64,000 bases of DNA from Candidatus Komeilibacteria bacterium (GTDB lineage Bacteria; Patescibacteriota; Patescibacteriia; UBA1558; UBA10009), in contig JAUYIT010000037.1 in the NCBI GenBank assembly GCA_030688315.1, positions 3,348 to 67,347 of the forward strand. The letters are read 5' to 3'. Shown here piece by piece: positions 27,841 to 37,866 of the stretch. The notes under the pieces were generated by a model. It ran no database searches. It was not told where the DNA came from and saw only the letters and a list, made by a program, of their open reading frames with translations. Within the stretch, counting starts at the first letter, position 1. The number at the start of each line of letters is the position of its first letter. The position numbers were made by a program, and so were the translations under genes.

Positions 27841-30375
27841 ATGTCCGAATTGTCAAAAATCTATCAAGCCGAAAATTACGAAGACGCTCTGTATCAGGCG
27901 TGGGAAAAATCAGGCGCTTTTAAACCCGGAAAAAAGGGTAAGGCCTTTAGCATTGTTTTACCACCGCCTAATGTGACTGGCAAACTTCATATCGGCCACG
28001 CGGCCATGCTGGCGTATCAGGATGTAATGGTCAGGTATCATCGTTTACAGGGCGATAAAACCTTGTGGTTGCCGGGCATGGACCACGCCGCCATTGCCAC
28101 CCAAAATGTGGTGGAAAAAGAATTAAAAAAGGCCGGCCACAGCCGTTACGATTTGGGCCGCCCGCGGTTTTTAAATAAAGTAGAGGCCTTTGCCGAAGAT
28201 TCTAAAAAGGTTATTCGCGGGCAAATAAAAAAAATGGGCTCCAGTTTGGATTGGTCGCGCGAACGGTTTACTTTAGATGAATCGTCTTCTTTGGCCGTTA
28301 AAACCGCTTTTAAAAAAATGTATGATGACGGTTTAATTTACCGCGGCGAGCGGGTGGTTAACTGGTGCCCGCGCTGTCAATCCACTTTGGCTGATGACGA
28401 GGTTGAACATCGGGAAGAACAGAGTAAGCTTTATTATATAAAATATGGCCATGTTACGGTGGCCACCACCCGTCCGGAAACAAAATTAGGCGACACTGGC
28501 GTGGCAGTAAATCCTAAAGATGAAAGATATAAAAAATTAGTCGGTGAAAAATTAGTTGCTGATTTGATGGGCAATTTTTTAGTTCTTAAAGTTTTTGCCG
28601 ATAGAGAAGTGGATATGACTTTTGGTACTGGCGCGATTGGCGTTACGCCGGCGCATTCGCAAACCGATTATCAATGGGCCTTAAAAAATGATTTATCATT
28701 TATTAAAGTTATTAATGAAGAGGGCAAAATGACCGAGGCGGCCGGGCAATATCAAGGTCTGACCGTTAAAGAATGCCGGGAAAAATTAGTGGCCGATTTG
28801 CAAAAGGCCGGAAAAATTGAAAAAATTGAAGAATATACTAATAATCTTTCGGTCTGTTACCGTTGCGGCACAACCATTGAACCTTTAACTTCCAAACAAT
28901 GGTTTGTGGCGGTGGATAAAAAAATTCCTGGCCGCGGCAAAACTTTAAAACAGCTGGCAATTGAAGCGGTTAAAAAAGGCGGGATTAAGATTATTCCCGA
29001 TCGTTTTAACAAAACCTACTTTCAGTGGATGGATAATTTACGCGACTGGTGTATTTCCCGCCAGATTTGGTACGGCCACCGCATTCCGGTTTGGTACAAC
29101 CAGGATAAAATCTTTGTCGGTTTAACCGCGCCTACCGGCGAGGGCTGGATTCAGGATGAAGATACTTTGGATACCTGGTTTTCTTCTTCTTTATGGACAT
29201 TTTCAACTTTGGGTTGGCCTAAAAAAACTCCTGACTTAAAAACTTTTCACCCCACTTCGGTCATGGAAACCGGTTACGACATTTTATTTTTCTGGGTGGC
29301 CAGAATGATTTTAATGTCCACTTATTTAATAAAGGAAGTTCCCTTTAAAACGGTTTATTTGCATGGTTTGGTACGCGATAAGGAAGGCCGGAAAATGAGT
29401 AAATCTTTAGGCAACGGCATTGATCCGCTAGATATGATTGCTAAGTTTGGGGCCGACGCTTTAAGATTGTCATTATTAGTTGGCGCCACGCCGGGTAACG
29501 ACGCGCGGTTATATGAAGAAAAAATCGCGGGTTACCGAAATTTTGTCAATAAACTCTGGAACATTAGCAGATACATCCTGTCAAAATCACAAGAAACAAA
29601 TCACAAGAAACAAAAAATTTCCAAATCACAAATCACAAAATTAGAGACGTTGGCGGATAAATGGATCTTAGGGGAATTGGATAAGATTATCGCGTCTACC
29701 GCCAAGAACATTGAAGAGTTTAAGTTTTCGGCTGCCGGTGAGGAACTGTATGAATTTACCTGGAGCAAATTGGCCGATTGGTATTTGGAAGTGGCCAAGA
29801 TTGAAGGTGGCAAAGATCAAATCCTCCTGTCTATTTTGGAAAAACTTTTAATTCTGTGGCATCCGTTTTGTCCGTTTGTAACGGAAGCGATATGGAGCGA
29901 AATGGGTAAAAAAACCTTGTTGATGATTGAGCGGTGGCCCAAGGTCTTGGTTAAAAAACAAGCAGCCAGCCATGATTTTGAACTGATCCAACAGGCGGTA
30001 ACGGCCATCAGGAATATTCGCAGTGAGCGTCAAATCAGCCCCAAGGAAATTTTGGATTGCTCAATTAAAACATCAGTCAAGGCAGTTAAAGATAATTTGT
30101 CTTTGTTAGCAGGTTTGGCTGGCCTCAAAATCGCGGCATCAGTTAAGGGTATTACCGTTAATTCAACTAAGGTGGAAATCACTTTAGCCGTTCAGGCCAA
30201 TGCCGAACTGGATAAAAAGCGCGCGGCCGAGGCAATGCAACTGCGGCAGTATATTGAAGTCCAACAAAGAAAGCTTAAAAATCAGGTTTTCGTCAGCCGC
30301 GCGCCAAAAGAGGTTATTTTGAAAGAAAAGGAAAAGCTCAAACAAGCTCAAGAAAAGTTACAAAAGTTATCGTAA
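27841..30375 (+). CDS. valS: Valine--tRNA ligase
   Basis: PPPNVTGKLHIGH, DWCISRQ, KMSKS, C-terminal coiled coil. Confidence 0.98.
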   Translation: MSELSKIYQAENYEDALYQAWEKSGAFKPGKKGKAFSIVLPPPNVTGKLHIGHAAMLAYQDVMVRYHRLQGDKTLWLPGMDHAAIATQNVVEKELKKAGHSRYDLGRPRFLNKVEAFAEDSKKVIRGQIKKMGSSLDWSRERFTLDESSSLAVKTAFKKMYDDGLIYRGERVVNWCPRCQSTLADDEVEHREEQSKLYYIKYGHVTVATTRPETKLGDTGVAVNPKDERYKKLVGEKLVADLMGNFLVLKVFADREVDMTFGTGAIGVTPAHSQTDYQWALKNDLSFIKVINEEGKMTEAAGQYQGLTVKECREKLVADLQKAGKIEKIEEYTNNLSVCYRCGTTIEPLTSKQWFVAVDKKIPGRGKTLKQLAIEAVKKGGIKIIPDRFNKTYFQWMDNLRDWCISRQIWYGHRIPVWYNQDKIFVGLTAPTGEGWIQDEDTLDTWFSSSLWTFSTLGWPKKTPDLKTFHPTSVMETGYDILFFWVARMILMSTYLIKEVPFKTVYLHGLVRDKEGRKMSKSLGNGIDPLDMIAKFGADALRLSLLVGATPGNDARLYEEKIAGYRNFVNKLWNISRYILSKSQETNHKKQKISKSQITKLETLADKWILGELDKIIASTAKNIEEFKFSAAGEELYEFTWSKLADWYLEVAKIEGGKDQILLSILEKLLILWHPFCPFVTEAIWSEMGKKTLLMIERWPKVLVKKQAASHDFELIQQAVTAIRNIRSERQISPKEILDCSIKTSVKAVKDNLSLLAGLAGLKIAASVKGITVNSTKVEITLAVQANAELDKKRAAEAMQLRQYIEVQQRKLKNQVFVSRAPKEVILKEKEKLKQAQEKLQKLS
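29584..29640. repeat. In-frame heptamer tandem repeat inside valS
   Basis: aaatcac-aagaaac-aaatcac-aagaaac...aatttcc-aaatcac-aaatcac. Confidence 0.75.
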
Positions 30376-30377
30376 AC

Positions 30378-30412
30378 AAAAAAGACCCCGACTTAACGTC
30401 GGGGTCTTTTTT
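30378..30412. terminator. Bidirectional intrinsic terminator
   Basis: aaaaaagaccccgac-ttaac-gtcggggtctttttt. Confidence 0.9.
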
Positions 30413-30423
30413 AATAGGTCGGA

Positions 30424-30540
30424 TTAGACAACAGCTTCAGTAGCGGGGGTTTCTTCGGTGGCTTCACCGGTCTGACCTTCTTCAGCGGGAGTAGCGGTTT
30501 GTCCGCCATCTTCAGCCGGGGTTTGGTTTTCGTCTTGCAT
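30424..30540 (-). CDS. 38-aa acidic peptide (not in ORF track)
   Basis: MQDENQTPAEDGGQTATPAEEGQTGEATEETPATEAVV*; promoter TTGACA-17-TAATAT (30613-30641); terminator immediately downstream. Confidence 0.7.
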   Translation of the reverse strand: MQDENQTPAEDGGQTATPAEEGQTGEATEETPATEAVV

Positions 30541-30735
30541 GATATTATGCTTTCTTTGACTAATAATCGTAAAGACCACCAGTCATTATTGATCTTTTTG
30601 CTTAACCTGCGAATATTATCATATTTTATTATTCTTGTCAAGGGTTTATCAACAGTTTTTCCAGTGTTATAATTTTTTTTGGCTAATGTTAGGGAAAAAT
30701 AAAATTTATGTTGGCTTTAAACGCTATCCAGGTAT

Positions 30736-32490
30736 TTAATCAGCTACTTTAAACACCTCTTCCACCGTGGTAATACCGTCTTTGGCCTTTAACAGCCCGT
30801 CCTGCACCATTGTTACCATGCCGTTTTTAACGGCAATATCCTGAATATCATTTTCCGAAACATTGCCTGATAAGATGATTTTTTCAATTTCCGGCCCTAG
30901 GGTCATAATTTCAAAAATGCCGATCCGGCCCTTAAAGCCCAAACCGTGGCAAGCGGCGCACCCCTTGCCCTTATAGAATTTTAAATTATGAAGTTCGCTG
31001 TCATCAAGCCGTTCAGAAGAGCTGACCGGAATCTTGGATAACAAATTAAGAATTTTGGTCATGACATCGGTATCAATCCGGTCTTCAATTTTGCATTGCT
31101 GGCAGATTTTACGCACCAACCGTTGGCCAATTACCGCGTTTAAGGCGGGGGAAAGCAGGAACGGCTTAACGCCCATAGCCAAAAAGCGGGGAATGGCACC
31201 GGCCGCGTTGTTGGTGTGGATGGTGGAAATAACCAAATGGCCGGTGAGAGCCGCGTTAATGGCAACTTCGGCGGTTTCCAAATCCCTGATTTCACCCACC
31301 ATCACAATATCCGGATCTTGCCTTAAAATGGAGCGCAAACCTTTGGCAAAAGTGTAATCCTTAGCGTGATCAATCTGGCTTTGGTTGATGCCTTCCAGTT
31401 TGTATTCAATAGGATCTTCCAAAGTGATGATTTTTGTTTCGGAACTGTTTAAAGTATTTAAAATGGCGTACAAGGTGGTGGTTTTACCGCTGCCGGTGGG
31501 GCCGGTGGAAACAATCATGCCGTTGGGGCGCGCCACTTCGTGTTTTAAATCTACGAATGATTTGCCCCGCAAACCCAGATCTTCATATTTTAAGCCGACC
31601 GAAGAAGACCGTAAAATTCTAGCCACCACGCTTTCGCCGTAACTGGTAGGAATGGTGGAAACTCTAACTTCCACTTTGTCGCCCGTCAAAAATATGGTAA
31701 AGCGGCCATCTTGGGGCGCTTGGGTAATGTTCAGTTTTAAGCCGGAAATCAGTTTTAAGCGGGAAATGATTTTATCCCATTCTTCGGGCTTGATTTTGGC
31801 CACGGTGTGCAACACGCCATCCAGACGAAAGCGGATTTTAATGTCTTTTTCTTCGGCCTCTATATGGATATCAGAAGCGGCCGCTTTAATAGCCGAGGCA
31901 ATCAGCAAAGTAAACAGCTCGCTGATGTTAACCTTGTCCACTTCTTTTTGCAGAACGTCAAAGGAAGTCAGCACGTCTTCATATTTTTTTAAATCGTCTT
32001 CGGTAATTTCCACGCCTTTAACATTTTTTCGGATTTTAGGAAGCTTGTCGTAAATTTTTAAGGCCAAATCCAAACTGTTCTGCGAAATCAGATAAATTTC
32101 CAGATTGGCGTGGTGCATTTTGGCCAGCTCTTGCGCCACGGCCTTAATTTGGGGATTAAGGGGATTAAGCGAACCGATTCTAATTTCCGAACCGGAATAA
32201 AAAAAGCAGACCGACCGTAAAGAAACGGCCTGATCCTGCGTGATTAAGGCAATGGCTTCGGGCGAAACCGGAAAGCCCTTAAGGTTAATGTAGGCCAAAC
32301 CCATCTGGCCGGCTTTGGCCTGCGCTAAATCTTCCAAATTTTTTAGTTCAATCTCCCGCATTTTATCATCCAATTCTTCTTCAGTTTTGGCGGAAGCCAC
32401 GCTCAAAGGAACCGCTGTTGACGGCGTCGGTTCAGCGGCCGTGGCTGTCGCCTCGGTTTCCAGCAAATCATTGATGTTAACTTCGTCCAT
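30736..32490 (-). CDS. Type IV pilus / T2SS assembly ATPase (PilB/GspE family)
   Basis: ASDIHIE, PQDGRF, GPTGSGKTTTLY, LRQDPDIVMVGEIRD, tetra-Cys motif. Confidence 0.95.
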   Translation of the reverse strand: MDEVNINDLLETEATATAAEPTPSTAVPLSVASAKTEEELDDKMREIELKNLEDLAQAKAGQMGLAYINLKGFPVSPEAIALITQDQAVSLRSVCFFYSGSEIRIGSLNPLNPQIKAVAQELAKMHHANLEIYLISQNSLDLALKIYDKLPKIRKNVKGVEITEDDLKKYEDVLTSFDVLQKEVDKVNISELFTLLIASAIKAAASDIHIEAEEKDIKIRFRLDGVLHTVAKIKPEEWDKIISRLKLISGLKLNITQAPQDGRFTIFLTGDKVEVRVSTIPTSYGESVVARILRSSSVGLKYEDLGLRGKSFVDLKHEVARPNGMIVSTGPTGSGKTTTLYAILNTLNSSETKIITLEDPIEYKLEGINQSQIDHAKDYTFAKGLRSILRQDPDIVMVGEIRDLETAEVAINAALTGHLVISTIHTNNAAGAIPRFLAMGVKPFLLSPALNAVIGQRLVRKICQQCKIEDRIDTDVMTKILNLLSKIPVSSSERLDDSELHNLKFYKGKGCAACHGLGFKGRIGIFEIMTLGPEIEKIILSGNVSENDIQDIAVKNGMVTMVQDGLLKAKDGITTVEEVFKVAD

Positions 32491-32516
32491 GATGTATATT
32501 TTACCTTATTTATGGA

Positions 32517-32665
32517 AAACAAAAAAGGCCTTGCCTACCGTCATTGCGAGCCCCGAAGGGGCGCGGCAATCCCGTTGTTCATGGTATAAACACCGGGATT
32601 GCTTCGTCGCCCCGCCAAAGGCGGGGCTCCTCGCAATGACCGTTGTGGCAAGACCTTTTTTGTTT
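32517..32665. repeat. Nested palindromic repeat copy R3
   Basis: aaacaaaaaaggccttgcc...gtcattgcgag...tggtataaaca...ctcgcaatgac...ggcaagaccttttttgttt. Confidence 0.93.
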
Positions 32666-33653
32666 ACACGGTTTTACGTTTGAACTTTTCGGGTAACACT
32701 GCCACCCAGCGGACCAGTTTGCTGTAAGCTTTGCCGCCGGTGGTTAGGCGAGAGTACAACAGCGTCCACGAGCCGATTTGAAAAACCGAGAGCAAAGCGC
32801 CCACAGCCAAAGACATCAGCAACAGCAAGGTCAAACTGATATACATCAGGGTGCCCAAGAGGTCGGGGTTTTCCAAAGTATAGGCAATGCCAAAAAAGAA
32901 GAACGGAGAAAAAATCAACAAAGCGGCCAAAATAAAAGCCAGGCCCACCAGCAAATTAATGCCAAACAAGATTAAAGCCATTTCCAAGCTAACCAGCCAA
33001 TTGGTTCTAAACAGGCGCCAGCCGTTGGTAAAGGCGCTGCGGAAATTTTCCCCGTTTAGCACGGCAAAAGCGCTGCCGTATTTGGTGGCCAAAGAAACAA
33101 TAATGGTCAGCGGCACAAAAATCAAAAATGATAAAATGGTAATCAGGAGATTTAACAGGGTGTAACCTTGGGTAAAGGTGGCAATCATCAGAGGCGTAAT
33201 AATCAAAAGCAAGGTGCCGTAAACAATGGCTTTGGCAATCAGGTTCAGCCCCAACAGCGTCCAGAATTTTTTGGCTCCGATTTTTAACAAACCGATAAAA
33301 GTGGATTTTTCCTCGCTGTTGGCCATGGTAACGCCTTTAATCAGGCCGCCCAGGGCTGAAATAATCAGCCAGATAAAAAAGCAAACAACTGCCAGTATTA
33401 CCAAAAAATACAAGGACAGCATGACGATTTTTTCAAATGAAGTATCTAGCGACGGCAGAAAGGCGTTAAGATTGGCCGACCAGGTAGCCGCGGTTTCGGC
33501 CTGATTGCGGACGGCACTAACCTGATTGATGAGCACTTGATATTCTCCGCCGTTGCCCAAAAAAGCCACAAAGATTCCGAGCGGCCACAGATAGCCGAAC
33601 TTCCTGGTAATAAACCAGGCCTTTTTTAGAATTTGACGATAGAGTGATTCCAT
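32664..33653 (-). CDS. Multi-pass membrane protein of unknown function
   Basis: About 7 hydrophobic segments; start MESLYRQ. Confidence 0.8.
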   Translation of the reverse strand: MESLYRQILKKAWFITRKFGYLWPLGIFVAFLGNGGEYQVLINQVSAVRNQAETAATWSANLNAFLPSLDTSFEKIVMLSLYFLVILAVVCFFIWLIISALGGLIKGVTMANSEEKSTFIGLLKIGAKKFWTLLGLNLIAKAIVYGTLLLIITPLMIATFTQGYTLLNLLITILSFLIFVPLTIIVSLATKYGSAFAVLNGENFRSAFTNGWRLFRTNWLVSLEMALILFGINLLVGLAFILAALLIFSPFFFFGIAYTLENPDLLGTLMYISLTLLLLMSLAVGALLSVFQIGSWTLLYSRLTTGGKAYSKLVRWVAVLPEKFKRKTV

Positions 33654-33793
33654 AGGCCTCCTATTAATAATAAAATTACAAATCAACAAAAACCAATTTC
33701 CAAATAAATTCCAATAAACAAGTTACAAATAAGGTTAGAAATTGGAATTTGACTGTAGATTGTTTTTTGAAAGAGTTACTTTGTATAATTATA

Positions 33794-35611
33794 CTATTTT
33801 TTGAACAAAGCGGCAAACTCTTCTTTTTCCAGAGTTTCTTTATTCAGGAGTTCAGTGGCGATTTTATCCAATTGTTGGCGATGAGTGGTGATAAGTTCCT
33901 TGGCTCTGGTTTGGGCCTCTTCAATAATTTTACTAAGTTCCTTATCAATGGCTTCGGCGACTTTTTCGCTGTAGTCGCGCTGGGCGTGGATCTCTTTGCC
34001 TAAAAAGACCATTTCTTCTTTTTTACCGAAAGTTCTGGCGCCCATGGTTTCGCTCATGCCGTAAACCGTAATCAGTTCGCGGGCAATATCGGTGGCGCGT
34101 TTAAGATCGTTGGAAGCGCCGGTGGTCAGTTCATTGAAGATTTCCTGCTCGGCGGTATGCCCGGCCAGCAAAACAGCCAGTTCGTCCAAAAATTCGCTTT
34201 TGGTTTTAAACTGCTTATCTTCTAGCGGCAGTTTCATGGTGTAGCCGGCGGCGCGGCCGCGGGAAATAATGGAAATTTTATGAACCGGATCGGCGTGGGG
34301 CAAAAGGTGCGCCACCAAAGCGTGGCCGGCTTCGTGGTAAGCGGTAATCTTTTTTTCTTCATCCGAAACAATCTTACTTTTTCGTTCGGGCCCGAGCATG
34401 ACTTTTTCAATGCTCATCAGGGTCTCGGTTAAGCCGATAGTTTTTTTATTCTGGCGGGCGGCCAAAATGGCGGCTTCGTTTAGCACGTTGGCTAGGTCCG
34501 CGCCGGAAAAGCCGGGCGTCCGCTGGGCCACGGTTTTTAAGGCCACTGCCGGTTCCATGGGTTTGTTTTTGGCGTGTACGGCCAAAATGGCTTCGCGGTC
34601 TTTAAGGTCGGGCATGTCAATAATTACCTGCCGATCAAAACGGCCGGGCCTTAGCAAGGCCGGATCCAAAACATCCGGGCGGTTGGTGGCGGCCATCACA
34701 ATAATATTGGTTTCGTTTTCAAAGCCGTCCATTTCCACCAGAATTTGGTTTAGGGTTTGTTCGCGTTCATCGTGCGAACCGCCTAGGCCGGCGCCGCGCT
34801 GGCGGCCGACGGCGTCAATTTCATCAATAAAAATAATGCAGGGCGCGCTTTTTTTGGCTTTTTGGAACAAATCGCGCACGCGGGAAGCACCCACGCCCAC
34901 AAACATTTCCACAAATTCCGAACCGGAAATATGGAAAAACGGCACCTTGGCTTCACCGGCCACGGCGCGGGCCAAAAGGGTTTTGCCGGTGCCGGGCGCG
35001 CCCAACAACAGTACGCCTTTAGGAATGCGCGCGCCCAGTTCCAGAAATTTTTTGGGAGTTTTTAAAAATTCCACCACTTCGGTCAGTTCCAGTTTGGCTT
35101 CAATGGCGCCGGCCACGTCGGCAAAAGTGGTTTTGTTTTTAACCTGTTGGGCCATTAATTTGGCACCGGATTGGCCGAACGACATGGCGCGGTTGTTGGC
35201 GCCTTGCAAGGAGCGCATCATGAACCAGATAAACACGGCAATCAGCAACAGGGGAATTAAGAAAGGTAAAATAGCGCCCATCCATAACGAAGCCGAAGAA
35301 TCTTCGGCTATACTGATGTTGGCTTTTTGAATTTTTTCCGGTGCCACGCCGTAGTTGTTCAATAGTTCGCTTAAGGATTCAGTTGGTTCTTTGCGGCTGA
35401 CTTTTTGGCTGTCATCAGTCATGGTGATTTTAAGTTCGCTGTCGCTGACTTCCACCGATTTGACTTGTTCGTTATTGATGGCGGTAACCAGTTCGCCCAA
35501 GCCGATTTTTTCCGGCTCATTGTTTTGGGCGTTGTATAAGCTGAACAAACTGCCGATGACCACAAAAATCAGGAGAAAGATGAGGAAATTTTTGAATAAA
35601 TTATTTTTCAT
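33794..35611 (-). CDS. ftsH: ATP-dependent zinc metalloprotease FtsH
   Basis: Two TMs, [32 protein letters not shown]. Confidence 0.99.
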   Translation of the reverse strand: MKNNLFKNFLIFLLIFVVIGSLFSLYNAQNNEPEKIGLGELVTAINNEQVKSVEVSDSELKITMTDDSQKVSRKEPTESLSELLNNYGVAPEKIQKANISIAEDSSASLWMGAILPFLIPLLLIAVFIWFMMRSLQGANNRAMSFGQSGAKLMAQQVKNKTTFADVAGAIEAKLELTEVVEFLKTPKKFLELGARIPKGVLLLGAPGTGKTLLARAVAGEAKVPFFHISGSEFVEMFVGVGASRVRDLFQKAKKSAPCIIFIDEIDAVGRQRGAGLGGSHDEREQTLNQILVEMDGFENETNIIVMAATNRPDVLDPALLRPGRFDRQVIIDMPDLKDREAILAVHAKNKPMEPAVALKTVAQRTPGFSGADLANVLNEAAILAARQNKKTIGLTETLMSIEKVMLGPERKSKIVSDEEKKITAYHEAGHALVAHLLPHADPVHKISIISRGRAAGYTMKLPLEDKQFKTKSEFLDELAVLLAGHTAEQEIFNELTTGASNDLKRATDIARELITVYGMSETMGARTFGKKEEMVFLGKEIHAQRDYSEKVAEAIDKELSKIIEEAQTRAKELITTHRQQLDKIATELLNKETLEKEEFAALFKK

Positions 35612-35687
35612 AAATATTGATTACGCAAATTGTTATTTTGTATTTTCAGTTTTTTTATTATAATGTAAAATAGCGTTTTTGGCAAGA

Positions 35688-35826
35688 AAGGCCTTGCCCG
35701 GCAATCGTAGAAACGGGTTTTAAACCCGTTTCTACCGTTGAATAAACCCGTTGGTTATAAACAATGTAGAGACGCACAATTGTGCGTCTCTACGGTAATA
35801 TTACGATAATGGTTGGGCAAGGCCTT
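35688..35826. repeat. Nested repeat copy R7: same shell and core, but with two GTAG-type REP palindromes
   Basis: aaggccttgccc...gtagaaacgggttttaaacccgtttctac...tggttataaaca...gtagagacgcacaattgtgcgtctctac...gggcaaggcctt. Confidence 0.9.
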
Positions 35827-37000
35827 AGGCCTTGGTTTCTTCCGGTTCAACCGGTTCCGCGATTTTTTCTTCCTTCTTTTCAACTACCTCTTCCTTTTTC
35901 TTTAAAGGTTTAAAGGACAGGCCCAAGCGGTGCTCCCGCGGTTCCAAAGAAATAATGTAGAAGTCGTAGGATTCGTTTTCGGTCAGATCGGTGGTTTTCT
36001 TTTCTTCGTTGAATTCGGAAATATGGATTAAGCCGTGGATTTCCGGGTCCAGTTCGACGAAGGCGCCAAAGGGATTGATTTTTAAGATCTTGCCTTTGAC
36101 CTTTTGGCCGACCGCGTATTTTTTCTCCACGTTTTTCCAGGGATCGGCCTGCAGTTTTTTCATGGACAAGGAAATTTTAGAATTTTCAATGGAAATTATT
36201 TCCGCCTTAACCACGTCGCCCACTTTGACGATGGTTTTGGGATCGTCAATCCGTTGCCAGGCCAGTTCGGAAATATGGATCAGGCCTTCCAAGGTTTCGG
36301 TGCCGTCGGTAAATTCAATGAAAGCGCCAAAATCCACCACGCCGGTAATTTTGCCTTCCACCGTGTCGCCGACTTTAAAATTGGATAAAGTTTTTTGCTG
36401 TTTTTCTTCCCAGGCCGCCTTTTCCGAAACAATCAGTTTTTCCTCATTCTCATTAACGTCAATCACCTTGACCTTAAAGAAAGTGCCCACGAATTTTTTA
36501 AGGGCAAACAGGATTCTGGTTTTATCGCCGCCTTCCACGCGGGGGTAGTGTTCAATGTTAAGTTGGGAAACGGGTAAAAAGCCGATCACGTTGCCAACTT
36601 TAACCATTAAGCCGCCCTTGTTGGCGTCAATGATTTTGGCTTCAATAATTTCGGCCGATTTCATCAGTTGGTCTAAAGATTCCCAGGCCTTTTGATGGCC
36701 GGCATAGCGGAACGAAAGTTCCATTTGGCCGTTTTCGTTTTCCAGTTCTAATACGGTGGCCGAAACTTTGGCACCCGCCTGAACGTCGGTGTACAAATCC
36801 GATTCATCATAGATTTCCTTGCCGCGCACCACGCCGGCGGTAATGCCGTCAATATCCAGCAGAACTTCGTTTTTGGAAGCGGAAATAACCGTGCCTTCCA
36901 CCAAATCGCCAACCTTAGGAATGGGGCGGGCGTCAGCGCGGGCCAACAGTTCATCCATGGCGTTTTTGGCCACGGCTTTGATTTGTGTTGATAGTGTCAT
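35825..37000 (-). CDS. rpsA: 30S ribosomal protein S1 (four S1 domains)
   Basis: NKGGL, FGAFIE..GLIHISEL, FGAFVE..GLIHISE. Confidence 0.93.
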   Translation of the reverse strand: MTLSTQIKAVAKNAMDELLARADARPIPKVGDLVEGTVISASKNEVLLDIDGITAGVVRGKEIYDESDLYTDVQAGAKVSATVLELENENGQMELSFRYAGHQKAWESLDQLMKSAEIIEAKIIDANKGGLMVKVGNVIGFLPVSQLNIEHYPRVEGGDKTRILFALKKFVGTFFKVKVIDVNENEEKLIVSEKAAWEEKQQKTLSNFKVGDTVEGKITGVVDFGAFIEFTDGTETLEGLIHISELAWQRIDDPKTIVKVGDVVKAEIISIENSKISLSMKKLQADPWKNVEKKYAVGQKVKGKILKINPFGAFVELDPEIHGLIHISEFNEEKKTTDLTENESYDFYIISLEPREHRLGLSFKPLKKKEEVVEKKEEKIAEPVEPEETKA

Positions 37001-37177
37001 ATTAAATTTAAGGACAAAAAAATGCCCTTTAACCTTCCTTTGGTAAAACCAAGCGGAAAGCCCGTCTGCCTCTCTATTGGGCCGGTCTTATTTATTAAGA
37101 AGCCCGCAGGCGGATTAGTAATGAGAGTGGTGGCATTATAGCCCATCAGACCTATCCCGTCAAGGTCAGGTAGCGCC

Positions 37178-37299
37178 TTGACAGTTAACCGGCGTAGCGT
37201 TAGGATAAAATCTCCGCCAAAGGCGGATCAGCCTCTGGCTGAAAATATAAATAAAGGGTCAATTTTCCGCCGCAAGGCGGATGCTTAATTGACCCTTTT
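37178..37299 (+). promoter_or_regulatory. Promoter and AGGGTCAA...TTGACCCTTTT leader hairpin of the NYN gene, with two CCGCC/GGCGG mini-repeats
   Basis: TTGACA-17-TAGGAT (37178-37206); stem 37255-37264/37287-37296. Confidence 0.7.
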
Positions 37300-37325
37300 C
37301 TGTTTTATAAAGTAAATATATCAAT

Positions 37326-37865
37326 ATGAAAAGCGATTTAAAAAATTACGCTTATATAGACGGCAACAATCTTCATCGAGGCACTAAAGAATTTGGTTGG
37401 CTGTTGGATTACTTCCGTTTTCGGAGATGGCTCACAGAAAAGTACCAAATTCAAAAGGCCTACATCTTTTTGGGTTTTATTACCAGTAATCAAGGGTTAT
37501 ATAAAAAACTCCGCCGTGCCGGCTTTATTTTGATTTTTAAAACCTTAACTTATGAAGCTGACGGCAAAGCCAAGGGCAACTGCGATGCGGAATTGGTTTT
37601 AAGAACAGTGATTGATTATTATGAAAATAGATTTGATCAAGCAGTTTTAGTGTCGGGCGACGGCGACTTTGCCTGTTTGACCCTTTTTCTATTAAACAGG
37701 CGAGCTTTAAAATCAATTATCGCTCCTAGTGGCAAATACTGCTCTTATTTGATTAGAAGAATTCAGTGCCCTCTACTCTTTTTAAATAATTTTAAGAATA
37801 GATTGTTCTTAAAAGAAAAAGCCCCCGGTACGGACGAAACCGTACAAGGGTCTTCTTCATATTAA
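37326..37865 (+). CDS. NYN-domain (LabA/DUF88, PIN-like) putative RNase
   Basis: AYIDGNNL, KGNCDAEL, LVSGDGDF. Confidence 0.92.
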   Translation: MKSDLKNYAYIDGNNLHRGTKEFGWLLDYFRFRRWLTEKYQIQKAYIFLGFITSNQGLYKKLRRAGFILIFKTLTYEADGKAKGNCDAELVLRTVIDYYENRFDQAVLVSGDGDFACLTLFLLNRRALKSIIAPSGKYCSYLIRRIQCPLLFLNNFKNRLFLKEKAPGTDETVQGSSSY

Positions 37866-37866
37866 C
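37811..37866 (-). ncRNA. Candidate ~55-nt antisense hairpin RNA over the NYN 3' end
   Basis: Minus promoter TTTACA(37896-37901)-17-TATAAT(37873-37878); gaagaagaccctt-gtacgg-tttcgt-ccgtac-cgggggctttttc + T-tract. Confidence 0.6.

Noticed and set aside
30411-30641. 76-aa ORF from the track
   Set aside because: It starts inside the promoter -35 box and runs through the terminator; the 38-aa frame fits better
34398-36548. Long + strand ORFs (310 aa and 185 aa)
   Set aside because: Antisense shadows of ftsH and rpsA
37827-37845. GGACGAAAC, resembling a hammerhead ribozyme core
   Set aside because: No CUGANGA element or stems I/III; the motif is just the loop of a hairpin
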